The position numbers and the translations under genes are program-made. The notes beneath the pieces were generated by a model. The model was not told where the DNA came from and ran no database searches. It saw nothing but the letters and a program-made list of their open reading frames with translations. DNA of 64,000 bases from contig MU619280.1 in the NCBI GenBank assembly GCA_025201805.1, positions 120,052-184,051 on the forward strand, given 5' to 3'. Of this stretch, positions 1 to 14,426 are shown one piece after another. The stretch's first letter is position 1. Each line of letters begins with the position of its first letter. Source of the DNA: Parasitella parasitica NRRL 2501 (taxonomy: Eukaryota > Fungi > Mucoromycota).

Positions 1-826
1 TCTTTTATGGACTACCGTGCACAAAAACGAAACCACTAACAAAACAACAAAAATCGAGAGGAGTTACAAGGTTTAGCCAAGAATCTGGCTTAATGAATAT
101 AGATTTGACAGCCTTGCTCGTTGTATTATTGTATTAAATCTCATGACGCCTAATTCAATGATTTACAATCTTGACTTGCATACAATCTACTATTGAAAAA
201 AAGCAATGTAAGGATGATATAATAATAGACAAATATCTTCGACCTATTAACTTAAAGGTTGATGATTAGCCTTCCAAACCTCAAAATGAATGCCACTAGT
301 AAGCAATCAGGGTTAACTATAAATTATGACACTTTTATAGTTGGGTGTGGCCATTATAATGTATGGTATCATGGTGTGTGTATTGCGATGGCTGAAGAAA
401 ACGATAACGCGGAACAATGTCATTGTGATTGATGTTGGACATGACTATATTGGGATATGTTGAAACTTGGTCAATTCGGCACTACCCTAATTGAAACTTC
501 TGTGCTTATGCGACCCATAACAATAGCAATCCCGTCTTGAAATTTTTTATGCTTGAGGTGAATAAACATGACGATAGTGAACCAACATATATATCTGTTA
601 TCTGCTAAACTAAATATTCATGGTGCCTGATTTGTTAGAGTGTAGCATTTTCAAATAGATCATACTCTATTTATCAGATACTGTACTTCATCACTTTAGC
701 CTGCAGCTACTTCATGTATCATATGTGTAATGCTGCAGGTAAAAAAAAAAAACAAGTATAAATTATGTGCCTATGGTCAAGCATCCTTCCTTTTTCTCTC
801 TCTTCTCCATTACATCAACAAACAAA

Positions 827-2657
827 ATGTCTAGCTCAATTCCTGATAACTTTTTAGCTTGTACACTTGGGGTTTCGGCAGCAATTATCACAGCATTGGC
901 GATAAAGTATCCTGATCGAGCTTTGTTTGATGAACGCAGGGAAGGCATTGCGGAAAAGCCTGGTTGGCCAATTGTAGGCCGTTTACCTGAAATTGTCAGT
1001 AATGCAGAGACGCTGCACGAATATTTACTTCATGGATTTACTTCAACCAACTCTTTAACAACGTATGAGGTGTCACAAATTTTGGAAATTCACGCCTAAT
1101 AGTTAAATATCATTAGTACTGCTTCGGCACTAGGTTTACCTCGTACTATCTCAACTGTAGATCCCCGCAATATTGAGCATATACTCAAACGTATAAACTT
1201 GCAACGGCATTATGCAGTGTAACATACTAAAAAAATTTTTTACACATAGATAATTTTGAGAATTATGCTAAAGGTCCACAGTTGAATGCAGCAACAGGCG
1301 ATTTGTTTGGCCATGGCATTTTCAATGCTAATGGTGAACAATGGAAGTACCAAAGAAAAACAGCAAGCCATATATTTAATATCAAGAACTTTAGAGACCT
1401 TTTTACAGAGTAAAGACGTTGTAGATCATTTTAAATGCTGCATGTATTCTAAAAAAAAACTTATTCCGGCTGACAGGGTCTTCGTCAAGGAACTTGATAA
1501 AATGTGTAAAGACGTATTGGGTAAAGCTGTAGCTTTGAATCAAGTCGTTGATTTTCATGATACTATGTTCAAATTCACATTGGATTCATTTATCTTGTAA
1601 AGTCGAGTATGCATATTCAACTATAACTACAACTGAAAGCTAATTTTTCTTACGATAGACTGGGATTTGGCGTACAACTAAACGCTTTAGGCAGTACGGA
1701 AAAAGTGCCTTTTGCTGCTTCATTTGATGAATGCCAATTAAACAGTTTCCAGCGTTTTGTAAATCCCTTTTGGAGAGTGACAGAGCCTATTGCAAATTTG
1801 ATAAGCCCTTGGAAGAAGAGCATTAATCAACACTTGGACACTGTAAACAGCTTTGCTAATGAAGTTATTGAAGGACGTAGAAAGCAACTGGCTGATGGTG
1901 AAACACATCATCGTGATCTACTGTCAAGATTTATGGATGCCCACAACGAAAATGACCAACCATTAAGCAATAAGGAACTACGAGACATCGTTTTGAACTT
2001 TGTCATTGCTGGAAGAGACACCACAGCACAAGCATTATCTTGGACATTCTACATGCTGATGCTTCATCCTCGAGTTGAGTCAAAGCTGCTAAAGGAGATC
2101 CTTGAAAGTATTAAAGATGATATACCTGACGATCCAGTCGCCTTGTATGATATAATCAAGAATATGACATATGCTCATGCTGTGTAAGTTTTGCTCGCTT
2201 GATCTCACTAGCCGAGTGTCTAATTCTTTATTTCAGATTTTTTGAGGTTTTACGGCTATACCCATCTGTGCCCAACAATCAAAAATACGCACTGAATGTC
2301 GACGTTTTGCCTGATGGGACGCCTATTCGCAAAGGTGATTATGTAATGTGGTGTCCATGGGCCCAAGGCCGCAATGAAGCTGTGTGGGGGCCTGATGCAA
2401 AAGAGTTTAAACCTGAACGATGGATTACTGCTGATGGTGAACTTCGTCGTGAATCCCAAGGTCAATGGCCAGCATTTCATGCCGGGCCCCGTGTTTGTCT
2501 TGGGCAGAATTTAGCTATTTTGGAGGCACTTGTTGCCATGGTTTTCCTTGTTAAACGATACAAATTTAAATTGGTTCCAGGACAAAACATTACCTATCAA
2601 GTTTCATTAACTTTGCCCATGAAGGAAGGAATGAAGGTTTATGTGCAGAAACGATGA
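827..2657 (+). CDS. Cytochrome P450, CYP86/CYP704-like (putative fatty-acid hydroxylase), multi-exon
   Basis: ATG 827 followed by an N-terminal TM segment and a PGWP hinge; spliced exons give LFGHGIFNANGEQWKYQRK, I-helix AGRDTT, EVLR (ExxR), PERW and the heme motif FHAGPRVCLG; GT-AG introns join the ORF pieces. Confidence 0.93.
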
Positions 2658-3289
2658 TGCAAACTCTACGATCTATAGTCTTTGTTCACTTCCCTGCTGT
2701 ATCATATCACAAATAGTATTATATTTTAACTCACCGTAGAATAGTATTTATTAATTTATATGGCACAGTTTTGTTCGAAATAATGAGATCGTCTATATTG
2801 TACTATTATCGTCTCTAAAAGCTTCAGTTCAAAATGATGTTTCTAAAAAAAAAAACCAACCAATAAGAAAGCTTAGCATAATCCAACAACACCTTGGCAC
2901 AACCATCTGCTCATCTCGTTAGCTCAGATAGGAGTTTTGATGTCCAAATGACAAAGTATGATCAAGTATATCCGAATGTTGATGAAAACGTTGCATCAAA
3001 AAATCAATAACAAGTCTGCCGAAAAGTGATGTGCATTCAAATATTTCGAAACAATAAGAAGAAACTTGCCGTAAATTCATGGCTTTCAGCTGTATTCGAA
3101 CAGTAAAAAAAAGTAGATAGTACATAGAGATAGTCGAACATTATAATAATTCACACTTTGTTGTGGTATATCTCATATCTTAATATAAATAGTATAAAAA
3201 GCTAAACGCAATTCATTAATAAAATGGATTTTTTTTTCCTGATTAAAGTACAGCAGTCTAATAAATCATTTATCAGATAAATGCCATTT

Positions 3290-4940
3290 TATCAACTACT
3301 CAACCAACTTTTGTTTATTTCAGGTTTCGGGACAACCTTCAGGGCAAGAATGTGGGTTGCGATAAATAAAGCCGGCGTATCCATTATCAAAAGAAAAAGT
3401 ATACAGTCGGGGACTCGTTATAACAAAAAGATTGGTATACAAAATGTGTTTGGTATAGCGCGTCATCCCCTATTCAGAATTTGATACTCTATAAGACAGT
3501 GCCTGGAACCTAGAATCTACCAGAAGCTTATTATAAAGCTTAACTTTTATTAGTAAAATTATCCTCAACCTCCATTTCACTTTCTATTTTACATATGTTT
3601 AGCATTAGAATCACAAAAAAAGGAACTCTTGAACTAAAACCAAACATTATTATAAGCAATAATGGTACCAGGACTTCTCTGTCACTAGCAATTAGCAACT
3701 TATGAATTATTCACAAATAACAAGGGGTCATTACAGCAAAACATTGTATTTATGAATTATCCTCTTCTGCTTCCAAGTAGATGAGCCACACCTGTTTTAT
3801 CATATTACTATGAAAAAAGGTATACTTGTTGGCATCAAAAATATTTACTTTATAGAGCTGCGTCATGTAGTAGAACTGATATTGACAAATGTCGTTTCCA
3901 GAAAGATATTTTTACAGCTTAAAAGCAAGAACTTTAGCATTGTATACCATTTTTTGATCAATTTTCATAATCAAAAGTATCCTGAAAACACCAGAAATAG
4001 TATCCATTGGAAAAAATCTATATTATATATGATTTTAGTGCAATTTGAGCATGATTTTTTTTTCGATGCAAAATGACGGATTTTTTCGATTTTTTCCTTG
4101 TATCCACACATCCAAAATCATCGATTATGCATTATCCTCAATTTTGACCTCAAAAATGCAACTTTTTACTATATCATATATTAGAGAAAAATGATTGTGA
4201 AAGGTCATTCCTTGATCTGAAAGACTGGAAATGCGCTCTGATTAAGCAAAATGTTGACTTTTCCCTCTTAATCTGTTTTTTAAATTTTTCGGCTGAATTC
4301 CTTCCATAGGCATACGGGGATCATGAAAATAACACTATCATGTAGCGTGACCAAATATACAGCTATTATCATAGACTGACAGCCGTCGTATGCATAGTAT
4401 CAGAGGATGATATCTTGCCTCAAAAGAGTAATTTTGTTTTCTAATTGTCCAAATAGAGTTTCTGAAAGAATTTTCCCTTCCTGATTTTGGACGCGTTTAA
4501 TCTCCGCTATCAAAGAAAATGGTGTCATTTGAAGAAAACATTAGCTTTGAGAAGCCATAGCTTACCCAATTCTAGAGAAAAATAATTTTGATCTAATTTA
4601 TTTAAACTGTGTACTTCTTGGCTCTCTGGTTGTAGTACTTTCATGTCTGCACCTGGCTTGACGATCTCACGCTCCGATTTTGAAAAATACTTTTCCGAAA
4701 AAAGTCAAAAAAGGTGTTACTTTCATCTGATGTCAACTCGTAAAGTACAAAAACTTGCTCTAAGCTATGCAAATATGTAATCAAATGGTGCCTTATAGTC
4801 AAATTCATTACTTGGCGTTACTTGTTCTTGTGTTAGAGATTGCTAGACATTGTTTTCTTACAGTCTTCGTCTTTTTTCTGAAAATAACACACGGAAGTTC
4901 GCGTAGACTATGAAAAACAAAAAAATCAGGTTCCTAAAAT
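3290..4940. repeat. Degenerate non-coding interspersed repeat, probably related to the repeats at 60.6-63.4 kb
   Basis: Short motifs shared with the window end: GGGACAACCTTCAGGG (~3328) vs GGGTCAACCTTCAGGG (~60859), and TAGACTATGAAAAA..TCAGG (~4904) vs ~63315; no credible ORF; boundaries approximate. Confidence 0.3.
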
Positions 4941-5714
4941 CTACCCTGACTTAACTCAATAAAAATGATAACGTAAAGTTATAAAAATGGAGATTGTCAT
5001 TAAAGGAGAAAACAGGATGAAATGGTTGGTTTAAACTTAGATTCAGGGATAAACTGCCATTGTGTAAATGCATAATTTGAAGGATGCGTACAACTTGATG
5101 CCTTACCAATATATGTACTTTGATAGTTTGATAGTTTGACGGTTTTGCAATCAAGTTAAATACCTTTGCTGTTCTATGGACTTGTTTAAATATTTGAGCC
5201 TATTTAGATGTCTAATATTTAACAAATGTATCTGAAATAATTTATCAACATTTAAACATTATGGTATTCAAATAATTTTGTATTGTGGCCCGTTGGTGAT
5301 TGTTCAGTTTCAGGTTTTAAAGTATATGTTGATAATGTTGATAAAGAATTTTCATTGTATTAAAAAATAGGATAACAGAAACCCCAATAGTCATTCATTC
5401 AAAAATTCTTATTGCTTCTGCAAAATGGCTGTTTGATCAAAAATGAAATAATTAGGGTGTCGCAATTTCCCATATCCTTATAAAATGTTCGCCATGTCCC
5501 TCAGCTTTTATCAGGTAAAAAGTTTGTGTCAGAAACCCTATTATATGTTATCACAAACACCGAGACATTTATCACCTACTTCTACTTTTTTTCCTTTGCC
5601 CTCAAGTAAACAACCAATTAAAGTGGGAATTTTAGCGAAAAGAAGAATGAAAATGCAAATATTATGAAGGGTTCCTTTTTTTTTATGAAGGATTTATTTT
5701 GATTTTATCGTACT

Positions 5715-6923
5715 CTATTTCTTGTTTTTAGTGGCAGCAACCTTCTTGGTAATCTTTTTGCTTTCGTTCTTTTTAGCAGAAGGAACGGCAATCTTCTTTT
5801 CAGTAACAGCAGGCGCCTTCTTCTTCGTGACAGTAGCTTTCTTAGAAGTAGCGGTGGGCTTTTTAGCATCAGTCGTTTTATCGTCATCGTTGATTTCTGC
5901 CTTGGGAAGAGCTGTATAGATAGGAAGGAAAGGAGAATTTTCAGATTCAATTCCAAACATCTCGACTTGATCCAACTTGTGAGCAGTAATCTTGATAATC
6001 TCTGGCATAGCGGCTTCGTAGTTTTTTAACACATCTTTCTCAGACATGGCAAAGTTGCCAATGAGGATACGACTATGTATGATTGCGAGATTTAGAATAC
6101 ACATATCATATAAACACAAACACGCACTCTCCCTGCCAATATAGAATTACTTACGATTTAAGGCCATTGTTTAATTTAACGGTAGTAGAATTTATAACGT
6201 TTTGAATATTGGTTTTTAATGATCCGTTATGCTTCATGGTAACAGGCATTCTTTGAGTTGATTGAAGAAGGTTGCATCAATTACGATTCCAAATTTGCTA
6301 TAATTTGCTTGCTTACCTGCTCTTTGTACGGAAAGCTTTACCAAGAAGACTAGGAATCAATGGGGCAACTCTGTCATCAGCAACAAACAAATTATAGGAT
6401 GCTGCAAGCTTTCTCTTGGATTCATAAGATTTGTATATAGTTTTGAGCGAGTTAAGGTTGATAACCTTAGGGGCACATGTTAGTGTATTTGGGAGATAGT
6501 GTAAACATCAACAGTTGTAGTTTACCTTTTTAATTGGAGAGTTCTTTGCCTTTACTTCAACCTTCTTTTCATCGTCTTTAGTGAAATAGCAAACCTCCAA
6601 ATCTTCGGAAAAGGGGCTAACAGGCAACTTACTATCATTTGATGTATTAGTTGTCGGCTGAAATGATATTCCGTGCTCATATACAAAACTCACATTTGCT
6701 TCAGCTTGGCTTGAGCCTTATTCATAATTTTGTGAGTGTGGATTACAACGTAAACAGCATTATCTTCATCGTCGTTAAGCATGTCATTTTCTGCCTTGTT
6801 CTTGTTGAATTTGTACAAGGCAGTGATAGCCTTCTTGGCCTAGCAATCAATCCGTTTAATGGTAAACATGCTTCACTTTTGACCTCTAAACCTTACCTGT
6901 TGGGTGTCTAACTTTTGAGTCAT
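5715..6923 (-). CDS. Ribosomal L1 domain-containing protein (RSL1D1/Utp30/Cic1 family), multi-exon
   Basis: Spliced translation MTQKLDTQQ|AKKAITALYK...EVCYFTKD...YKSYESKRKLAASYNLFVADDRVAPLIPSLLGKAF...RILIGNFAMS...ESENSPFLPIY, ending in a Lys-rich tail. Confidence 0.85.
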
Positions 6924-7183
6924 TTAGATAGTAATTGCTTGAATATGGTATAAAGAAGTTTTTTTGATTTCACATTTCTTTTTTTCTAAATCAAAAAAAA
7001 TTGACCTTGCCCTTAAGCCACTTGAGAGTCACTTGATAGAAGAAGTTGACTGAAAAGACACCGCCTCCAGGCAAAAGGGCACCCTTCAGAGAGAGAGATG
7101 ATGGACAACTCCGCATAAATGAAGTCTGTAGATAACTTTGACCTGAATTTCTTTTAGACAAAATAACGCGCAAACGACTTGAA

Positions 7184-8302
7184 ATGTTTAATATAGGCCG
7201 CAAGACGATATACACATGTTTCTTGGCCTCTATACAGATTGCAGGCATTGCCTTATTTTGTAAAGGATTCTTCCCATACAAAATTTATTTGCCAGGTTAT
7301 GCTGGCAAAGGTGATCAATTCAGTTTGCATGAACACCCCCCAGAACCCGAGTTTGACAGACTTGTTTTTGTGGTCATCGACGCCTTGCGAAAGTAAATGA
7401 ATATGCTGTAATTGATTCAATCTTACTGACTCATTATAGTGATTTTTTGATCGGCAAAGACTCTGGATTCGACTTTGTCAATAGCCTAGTAGACCAAGGT
7501 TCAGCATTCCCTTTTACAGCCAAAGCAACAGCACCTACTGTCACGCTACCTCGCATCAAGGCACTAACCACTGGCACAATCCCGAGTTTTTTGGACGCCA
7601 TCTTGAACATTGCAGAGTCAGACTCATCCTCTTCTCTGGACAATCATGACAATTGGGTCTATCAGCTCAAAAATCAAAACAAGACAATCCATTTCTTCGG
7701 TGACGATACCTGGATAAGGCTCTTTCCCAAAATATTTGACAAGACAGATGGAACCACGTCATTTTATGTGTCTGATACAACAGAAGTCGATCTCAATGTT
7801 ACTCGGCACATCAACACAGATCTCGTAAAGGACGATTGGGATGCAGTGATACTTCATTACTTGGGATTAGATCATATCGGCCATTTAGGTGGACCCCAGA
7901 GCCCGCTCATGAAGCCCAAGCAAAAGGAAATGGACCAAGCAATTGAATCCATGTATGAGATTGTGGCAGAACAGGATGCTAGACGAATTCAGGAACATAC
8001 AAATGCTAAGGGAACTTTGATTGTTGTATGTGGAGATCACGGCATGAACGAAAAAGGTAACCATGGTGGATCTTCTATTGGTGAGACATCTGCAGGGCTA
8101 GTTTTCATGAGCCCACGATTTGAATCGAGACCCTTTAAGCAAAATTATGTTCAGCGTACACTTGAAATTCCAGTAATTGATCAAATTGATATCGTACCAA
8201 CTTTGGCAACATTGTTTTCTTTTCCCATCCCCAAGAACAATCTCGGAAAAGTAATTTTAGATCTGTATTCTCCAAAGCAAGGTAAGAGAATTACAACACA
8301 AG

Positions 8303-8337
<35 letters not shown>

Positions 8338-10281
8338 CCTTAAATCTAACAGGTGCTGCTATACATAGATTTCAAGCGTATTCTGGACAGTGTTTTGCGC
8401 AATGCATCCCAACTAGGGCAGTTGTTATCAAAGCTTATGCCAGGAATATCGGAATACTTGGAAACACCGTTTGCACATGTTAATGACGCAACTTTTCCTT
8501 CTGGGCAATCATATGCAAAGGCAGTTTCTTTGCATAGAAAATATCTCATCACTAAAGACGATTCTACAGCAAAACAATCCCTGGCATTGTATGACCAAGT
8601 ATGTTATTGCATGTCTGCACTTAACTGTTTAGAATTATTAATCACATGATCAATAGTTTGTTGGGTTTGCACAATCTCACCTATCAAATACTGCGAGTGA
8701 TTATAATATACAGTTTATGCTAACTGGTATTGCATTGATGTCTTGTGGCGCCATTGGATTCATCTATTTATCGCTGTTGCAACGACAAAAACAACTGCGC
8801 CATACGGATGTTTGGGGTTTTTGTCGATATTTTAGCGTATTTGCGCTGGTGTTGTATGCTACGAGTATGTTTGCCAGTAGTTTTGTCGAGGAAGAACACT
8901 ATACCTGGTATTATCTATTGCAGACAGTGACATTTCTATGCGCTATCTCAAGGTTCGTATAAAGTCTTCATTGATATTAAAATGTGGGTGCGTGCGTTTG
9001 TGTGTGTAACAAGTTTGACGAGTAGCTTCCGTGTTCCGGCTGTGCATCTTAGCCAGGCACTTCATCCAGTTGGTCTGTGTTTTGCGCAAATGGTTCTCGT
9101 ACGTATAGCTATTGCATGGAACCACGGCCGTCTTTCCGACTTCATACTGTCGTATTCAGGAGCACAATGGCACCTAATGGCACTGGTGTTATTCACTACG
9201 GTTGTCTCCGGAATCACCACCTTGTACAAGCTATCACATAGATCAATAGCAATAGATGTCAATTCAACGGCTGCTATCATTCACAATGTTATCAGGGCTG
9301 TCATGCTGGTTATCATAGTACTCATCTCTGTGTTGGTTTTTATTTATAAATTAAGAGCAACGCCTGATTCAATCGATGATGTGATTCCCATGTATGCAGG
9401 CTTACAGAATTGGACATTGGTCCAGCCCTTGGATCAGGTAAAACTTGGAAGGTTAATTTACAATTATGGAGGAGCAGGTTTGTTTGTTTTGGGCGGATTG
9501 TTTTACATAACAAAAAGAGCGCTTTTGATGGATTTAGCACATGAAGAGGAGCCACATCTGCAAGCGCAAACACAATTGCAAGGCACTGCTCAAATGGGTA
9601 TGCTGCTTAAATCGGCTCTTCTGGAGCCCCATCTGACACAACAGCAATTGACCTTTTGTGTCTCCGCATTTTTATGTAGATAACAAAAGGATCCTGTTAC
9701 TTGAAATGTTGGTGCATTTGGTTACGCCTCTCCTAATATTACAAAGTGGAACACAGAATGCAATACTGTTTTTACTTTTCCAGATGCAACTCAAATTACT
9801 TCAAAGGTTTCAATTTCATCTGGAAGATAACAAACATCCCATACCCACATGGCTGATTGGCGTCTTAATCACATGCTTGGGCCAGGCTTCCTTCTTTTTG
9901 ACAGGACACGGCAACTCTTTGGCTTCAGTAGACCTTAGCAACGCATATGTAGGTATACAAGAATACGATACTCTGCTTATCGGCATATCTACATTCTGTT
10001 CCAATTGGTCTGGAAGCATTTGGTGGTCGGTTGCTGGCTGGGCACTCTTACCGCGAGAAAAGAGATGGTTTTCTTACGTGTTGACACAGACGATAATGTT
10101 CAGCGTTGCTATAACAACGCTCTCTATATCAGTCACTGTATTGCGAGAGCATTTGTTCATTTGGACAGTATTCTCTCCTAAATATCTGTATCAAGTTGCC
10201 TGGAATTTCTTGTTACATTGGATTGTGCAAGTTTTGATTGGTAGCATCATTACACAAGCATTTTTTTCATGTGCAGGATGA
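7184..10281 (+). CDS. GPI7: GPI ethanolamine-phosphate transferase 2 (PIG-G/Gpi7/Las21), multi-exon
   Basis: FCKGFFP, LVFVVIDALR, PTVTLPRIKALTTG, HYLGLDHIGH, GDHGM..GNHGGSS; C-terminal multi-TM region with GNSLASVDLSNAY and LREHLFIWTVFSPKYLY. Confidence 0.92.
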
Positions 10282-10783
10282 AGCCGGAATAAGCTCATGC
10301 ATTTGTAAGCAGATTGCGTTGAGAAGCTTTTTTTTATATATTTGTAGACAGGGCTTTCTCGATTGACAAATAAAGATTCCTGGATGATCGATTGACGTAA
10401 AAAATTTTATCAAAGAAATGAAGAGCAAAAGCTTTCAGCCAAGGCATAGAATCTAACTAAAATTTGCTTCATAAACATCAAATGGACAGCATTACAAGTT
10501 TACAAAATAGTCAAATAGAATGATTTATTTCTTCTAGAAAAAAAGAGGAAAAAATAAAAAGTATGAAGATGGTGTGAATGAACAAGTAAAGGAATTGATT
10601 TCCTTCAAACATATATGAAAAGTGTATACAGTATCTGATGCTATATATATATGAGAAAAAAAAAAGATGATGATTGACAAAGATATATACCAACTAATAG
10701 AGAGGGAAGCATAAATCATATAGGACATGTATAAAATAAACTAAAACAACGATTTGTGGAAAGCATATTTTAAGTGGCACAAA

Positions 10784-11632
10784 TTACTTGAAATAGCCAT
10801 TGTGTGTTTTTTGTTGATGGTTGCGATGTCGACCTTGTTGAACTTTATTGGGGCCTTCCCGACAGTTAAATTCCGTGCGAAAATGGCGAACCCGAGCATC
10901 TGAACGAGCAAAGCTCTTTTTACAGCATGGACAAGAGTATGGCTTGCTGCCCGTGTGAATCCTTTTGTGTCTTGCGGCATCATATTTCCGGGCAAAGGAG
11001 CGATTGCAAAAGTTGCAAGGAAACGTTTTTTGGCGAGTTGCCTTGTCAACCTTTGGCGAATTTAGATATTCTTCTGGTTGTGGTTGTGATTGCGGTTGCG
11101 ATCCTGGCCTTTGATCTTCTACTACAGCCATCTCTCTGAGAGGTGAAAAAGACAGCGAGGATACAGAGAACATGGATTCTGGCGAACTGGGAAATTGTTG
11201 GTTATATTGGCTGTCAAAAAATGGCTCTTGCTGTGCCTGCAGCTGCTGGGCAAAGTAATAGGATTCATCAAACTCCATTTTAACGGCAGGCCCACCAGGC
11301 ACCGTAGAGCAGATTGCGGGAGCAGATACAGGCAAGAAAAAGTAACCCAGCGTCTCATCATCTTCAATTGGATACGAAGAGGGAAGGCATTTGTCATAGA
11401 CAACAGTACCGGTAGGTGTGAAAATATCACTTGACAATGATTGACTTAAATAGTCAAAATCTTCAATGGAGCTACTGCTGCTACTGCAAGTACTGCTTGA
11501 AATGCTGCAGCTGGTGTAAACATCTGGTAATGGCTTTTGCTGGCCATTGTTTCCAAGAAAAATAGAAGCGTTTAAGAGATAGTTTTCCATAGAATAGTAT
11601 TGATTACTATTTTGATCATATATTGTTGTCAT
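10784..11632 (-). CDS. C2H2 zinc-finger transcription factor (two fingers)
   Basis: FPCNFCNRSFARKYDAARHKRIH-TGSKPY-SCPCCKKSFARSDARVRH; Ser/acidic N-terminus; first in-frame ATG 11632. Confidence 0.9.
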   Translation of the reverse strand: MTTIYDQNSNQYYSMENYLLNASIFLGNNGQQKPLPDVYTSCSISSSTCSSSSSSIEDFDYLSQSLSSDIFTPTGTVVYDKCLPSSYPIEDDETLGYFFLPVSAPAICSTVPGGPAVKMEFDESYYFAQQLQAQQEPFFDSQYNQQFPSSPESMFSVSSLSFSPLREMAVVEDQRPGSQPQSQPQPEEYLNSPKVDKATRQKTFPCNFCNRSFARKYDAARHKRIHTGSKPYSCPCCKKSFARSDARVRHFRTEFNCREGPNKVQQGRHRNHQQKTHNGYFK

Positions 11633-13965
11633 TTTTGAAAAAAGAATTAGATTAGGGAAAAGCGAATGGAGGAAACAAAAGAAAGAGAGTACTAAATCGA
11701 TGGAAATTGGCTTTTTTTTATTACTCAACTCTATTTTTATATCAAAAAGAAATCAGGGAGATATTGTTGTGTCGTGTTGTGTTGTGTATGTAGATAAAAA
11801 ATCAGATATTTACAAACTGGAAATATAACAATATACACCTTGGCTGCATATGACTATTCAAGATTCGGATGTTCTTTACAAGTGTAACCATTATTATTAC
11901 AAGAAAACAAATTAAATCACATGATCATATCTATTAGTCCCCCATCCCTATCAAAAATGTAAATGGTTGATACATTTATTGAGGATTATAGTCTCTTCAT
12001 GTAACATGTAAATATAAACAAATGGCAAATATGTTACCAATGATAAAATAAAATATCTAGGAGATGAACATCCAATCAGAGGTGGTAAACTATATACTAA
12101 AACGTATATGCTTAACCGAGAATTTTGTGTTTTACCCATAACCGATTTGAAATGTGATATGATTATCTTTGGCATCATTTTTATTGATATGTCTTTTGGC
12201 TTGTATCATGATACATGATGATAAGCCGATCCTATGCCCGTTTTGAAATAGCGCGCATTTGTTCTTTTAATTATGATGCACTAGTGATGAGATGGCATAG
12301 AGCGATATGCTCCTCCTTTCTTGTATTATGCAGATAATCAAAATTCACAGACTAATGCAAGCTCCAAATATTCGGGTGTTCATAATGATGGTGTTATAAA
12401 AAAAATGAAGCTTAACTCTATTTGACTTATTGTCATAGCCGCCTCTATATATATATAAATATGAACACACACTCAAAACCATAGAAAATTCGTAATAAAA
12501 AAAGGGAGAGAGGAGGCGCAACACATATAAACAAAAGGCCCAATTCGACCCATTCCCGTCTATGCCAGAAGCTTCAAGTACAATCGTGAAGGGAGGAAAC
12601 TTTAAATAGGAAATTAAAAACCAAGTTACGGTATTTGGTCACAAGGGTCACATGCAAATATAAAGAAAAAAAAGGCTACCCCAATCCCGAATATATGGGT
12701 AGGGTTTAGCGATTTCTCTTTTTGTTTTACTTTACGTGTCCCTCATCATTGTTATTTTATTTTATTTTACATTATTTTTTGGCACAAACCAATGGATCTG
12801 AAGCCATCCCTGTTTTTAAATATCTTGGATCAAAGAAGTATTTCATCGTCAGCTGTCAAAATCAGTTACTATCTTTCACACTTTGAAGATGCACAAAAAT
12901 GGTAATGTTTATCTTAGCTATTCTAATACCATCAGTCTGGATGTTCCAGAGAACAAAAAAGATCCACTATAGTATTTCCTTTTTTGTCAGAAGAAAAGAG
13001 GAGGGAAGAAAAGACTAGACGAGATTCTTTGTAATGTGTGTGTTGATCTGTGTGAAAGACGAAAACCTGTTATCAGGAGGGGAGATATAATTACAAAAAA
13101 TATCATAAATCACACCATTTTCATAGAGATCCAACTTGTTAACGAATCCAATTAAAATGAACCCACTGCAAGAAATTTTTTTGGTTTCTTTGAATTTGCA
13201 TTTGACACTGAAAGCAATTACAAGGATTTATTGGTAGTCCCAAATCTGGCATCTGCTGATCAATTTTCAGCATTTTGATGTAAGGTATCAAGTAATCCTG
13301 CATCAGGGCTGTGAAACTTAATTAGCCATTTAGTCAACTTTCCCATGGTGAAAAGGAAATATGAGTAGAGCTGCATCGGATGTCCCTAACTGGGGTTGCA
13401 TCAATTTGATATTATTCTATGGTATATGCTTTTAACACAAGTTTCACTATTTTTATACAAACCCGACATCTTATTAAATGCTAGTATTTTGGTATAGACG
13501 CCCTTCTTATTTTGTATTTCTTTTATTGCTGTTTCATCATTTTCCATAACTTCCTATTTGCATACAGATATTCCTTCAACTCGAATCACATAGCAATTAA
13601 CAAAAGCTTGATGAAAAAAAAAACACGCGTTCCTGAATCTCTTATCATCTGTTTTTTTTCGATCTCTTTCGATCTTAGAGTTTTATTTACACAAAACATG
13701 TAAAGGCATCAGAAAAGTAAACAATTACAGACATGAGAAAGACATGTTGTATGCCGAGCAATTACTATAATAATTTATCGATTCATGCACAAAAATCAAA
13801 TATTTAGTGATAGAGCATTTGCTGCTTTTGGACCCTTCCTATGATGTCTGGACGATCAATTAAAAGTACAACTTTAATATTCATACAATAACTAATGTCT
13901 ATGCTATTGCGTTTTTTATTTTTCAGTATACATGAATGATCCAAGTAAGCTACAAAAAATATTCA

Positions 13966-14331
13966 TTATGGCACTGTTTCCTCCTGACTTAATACAAGAA
14001 CAAGAGAAGGGTCGTATTCCAGTAAAGCAGCAACTAATTTTGCATCATCCTCATCCAAGCCTAAAAGTATTGTCGGGTCGTACTGACTGGAAATAGCTTC
14101 AGTGTTACAGGACGAACTCTCGTATAAAGTTGGTGTTGCAACATCGTTAGATGATGTTTCGACAAATTTGATCTTCTTTGCTGGTCGATCCTTACATTTA
14201 GATAATCTCTCCAATCTAATTTTCTTGCTCTTTCTTTTAAGTAACGGAAGTTCCCTAACGCTGCTTGTGGGAGGCTGATGATATGGAATAATTTGAAGGG
14301 AAGTAGTGCCTTTATCTTGCTGTAATGTCAT
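13966..14331 (-). CDS. Small hypothetical protein with a basic NLS-like segment
   Basis: Open frame from ATG 14331 (MTLQQ...LQIIPY...KRKSKKIR...PAKKIKF); no family recognised. Confidence 0.45.
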   Translation of the reverse strand: MTLQQDKGTTSLQIIPYHQPPTSSVRELPLLKRKSKKIRLERLSKCKDRPAKKIKFVETSSNDVATPTLYESSSCNTEAISSQYDPTILLGLDEDDAKLVAALLEYDPSLVLVLSQEETVP

Positions 14332-14383
14332 TTCAAAAAGATTGCTAAATGCCAATGCTCATAAAAAAAGCGTTTATTATACT

Positions 14384-14423
<40 letters not shown>
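14384..14423. repeat. (TACA)n/(TA)n microsatellite
   Basis: tatacatacatatatata...tat run directly visible. Confidence 0.95.

Positions 14424-14426
<3 letters not shown>

Noticed and set aside
5722-5919. Hydrophobic antisense ORFs, also 18818-19060, 39967-40299, 41034-41759 and 51922-52176
   Set aside because: Shadow frames opposite Lys/Glu/Gln-rich real genes
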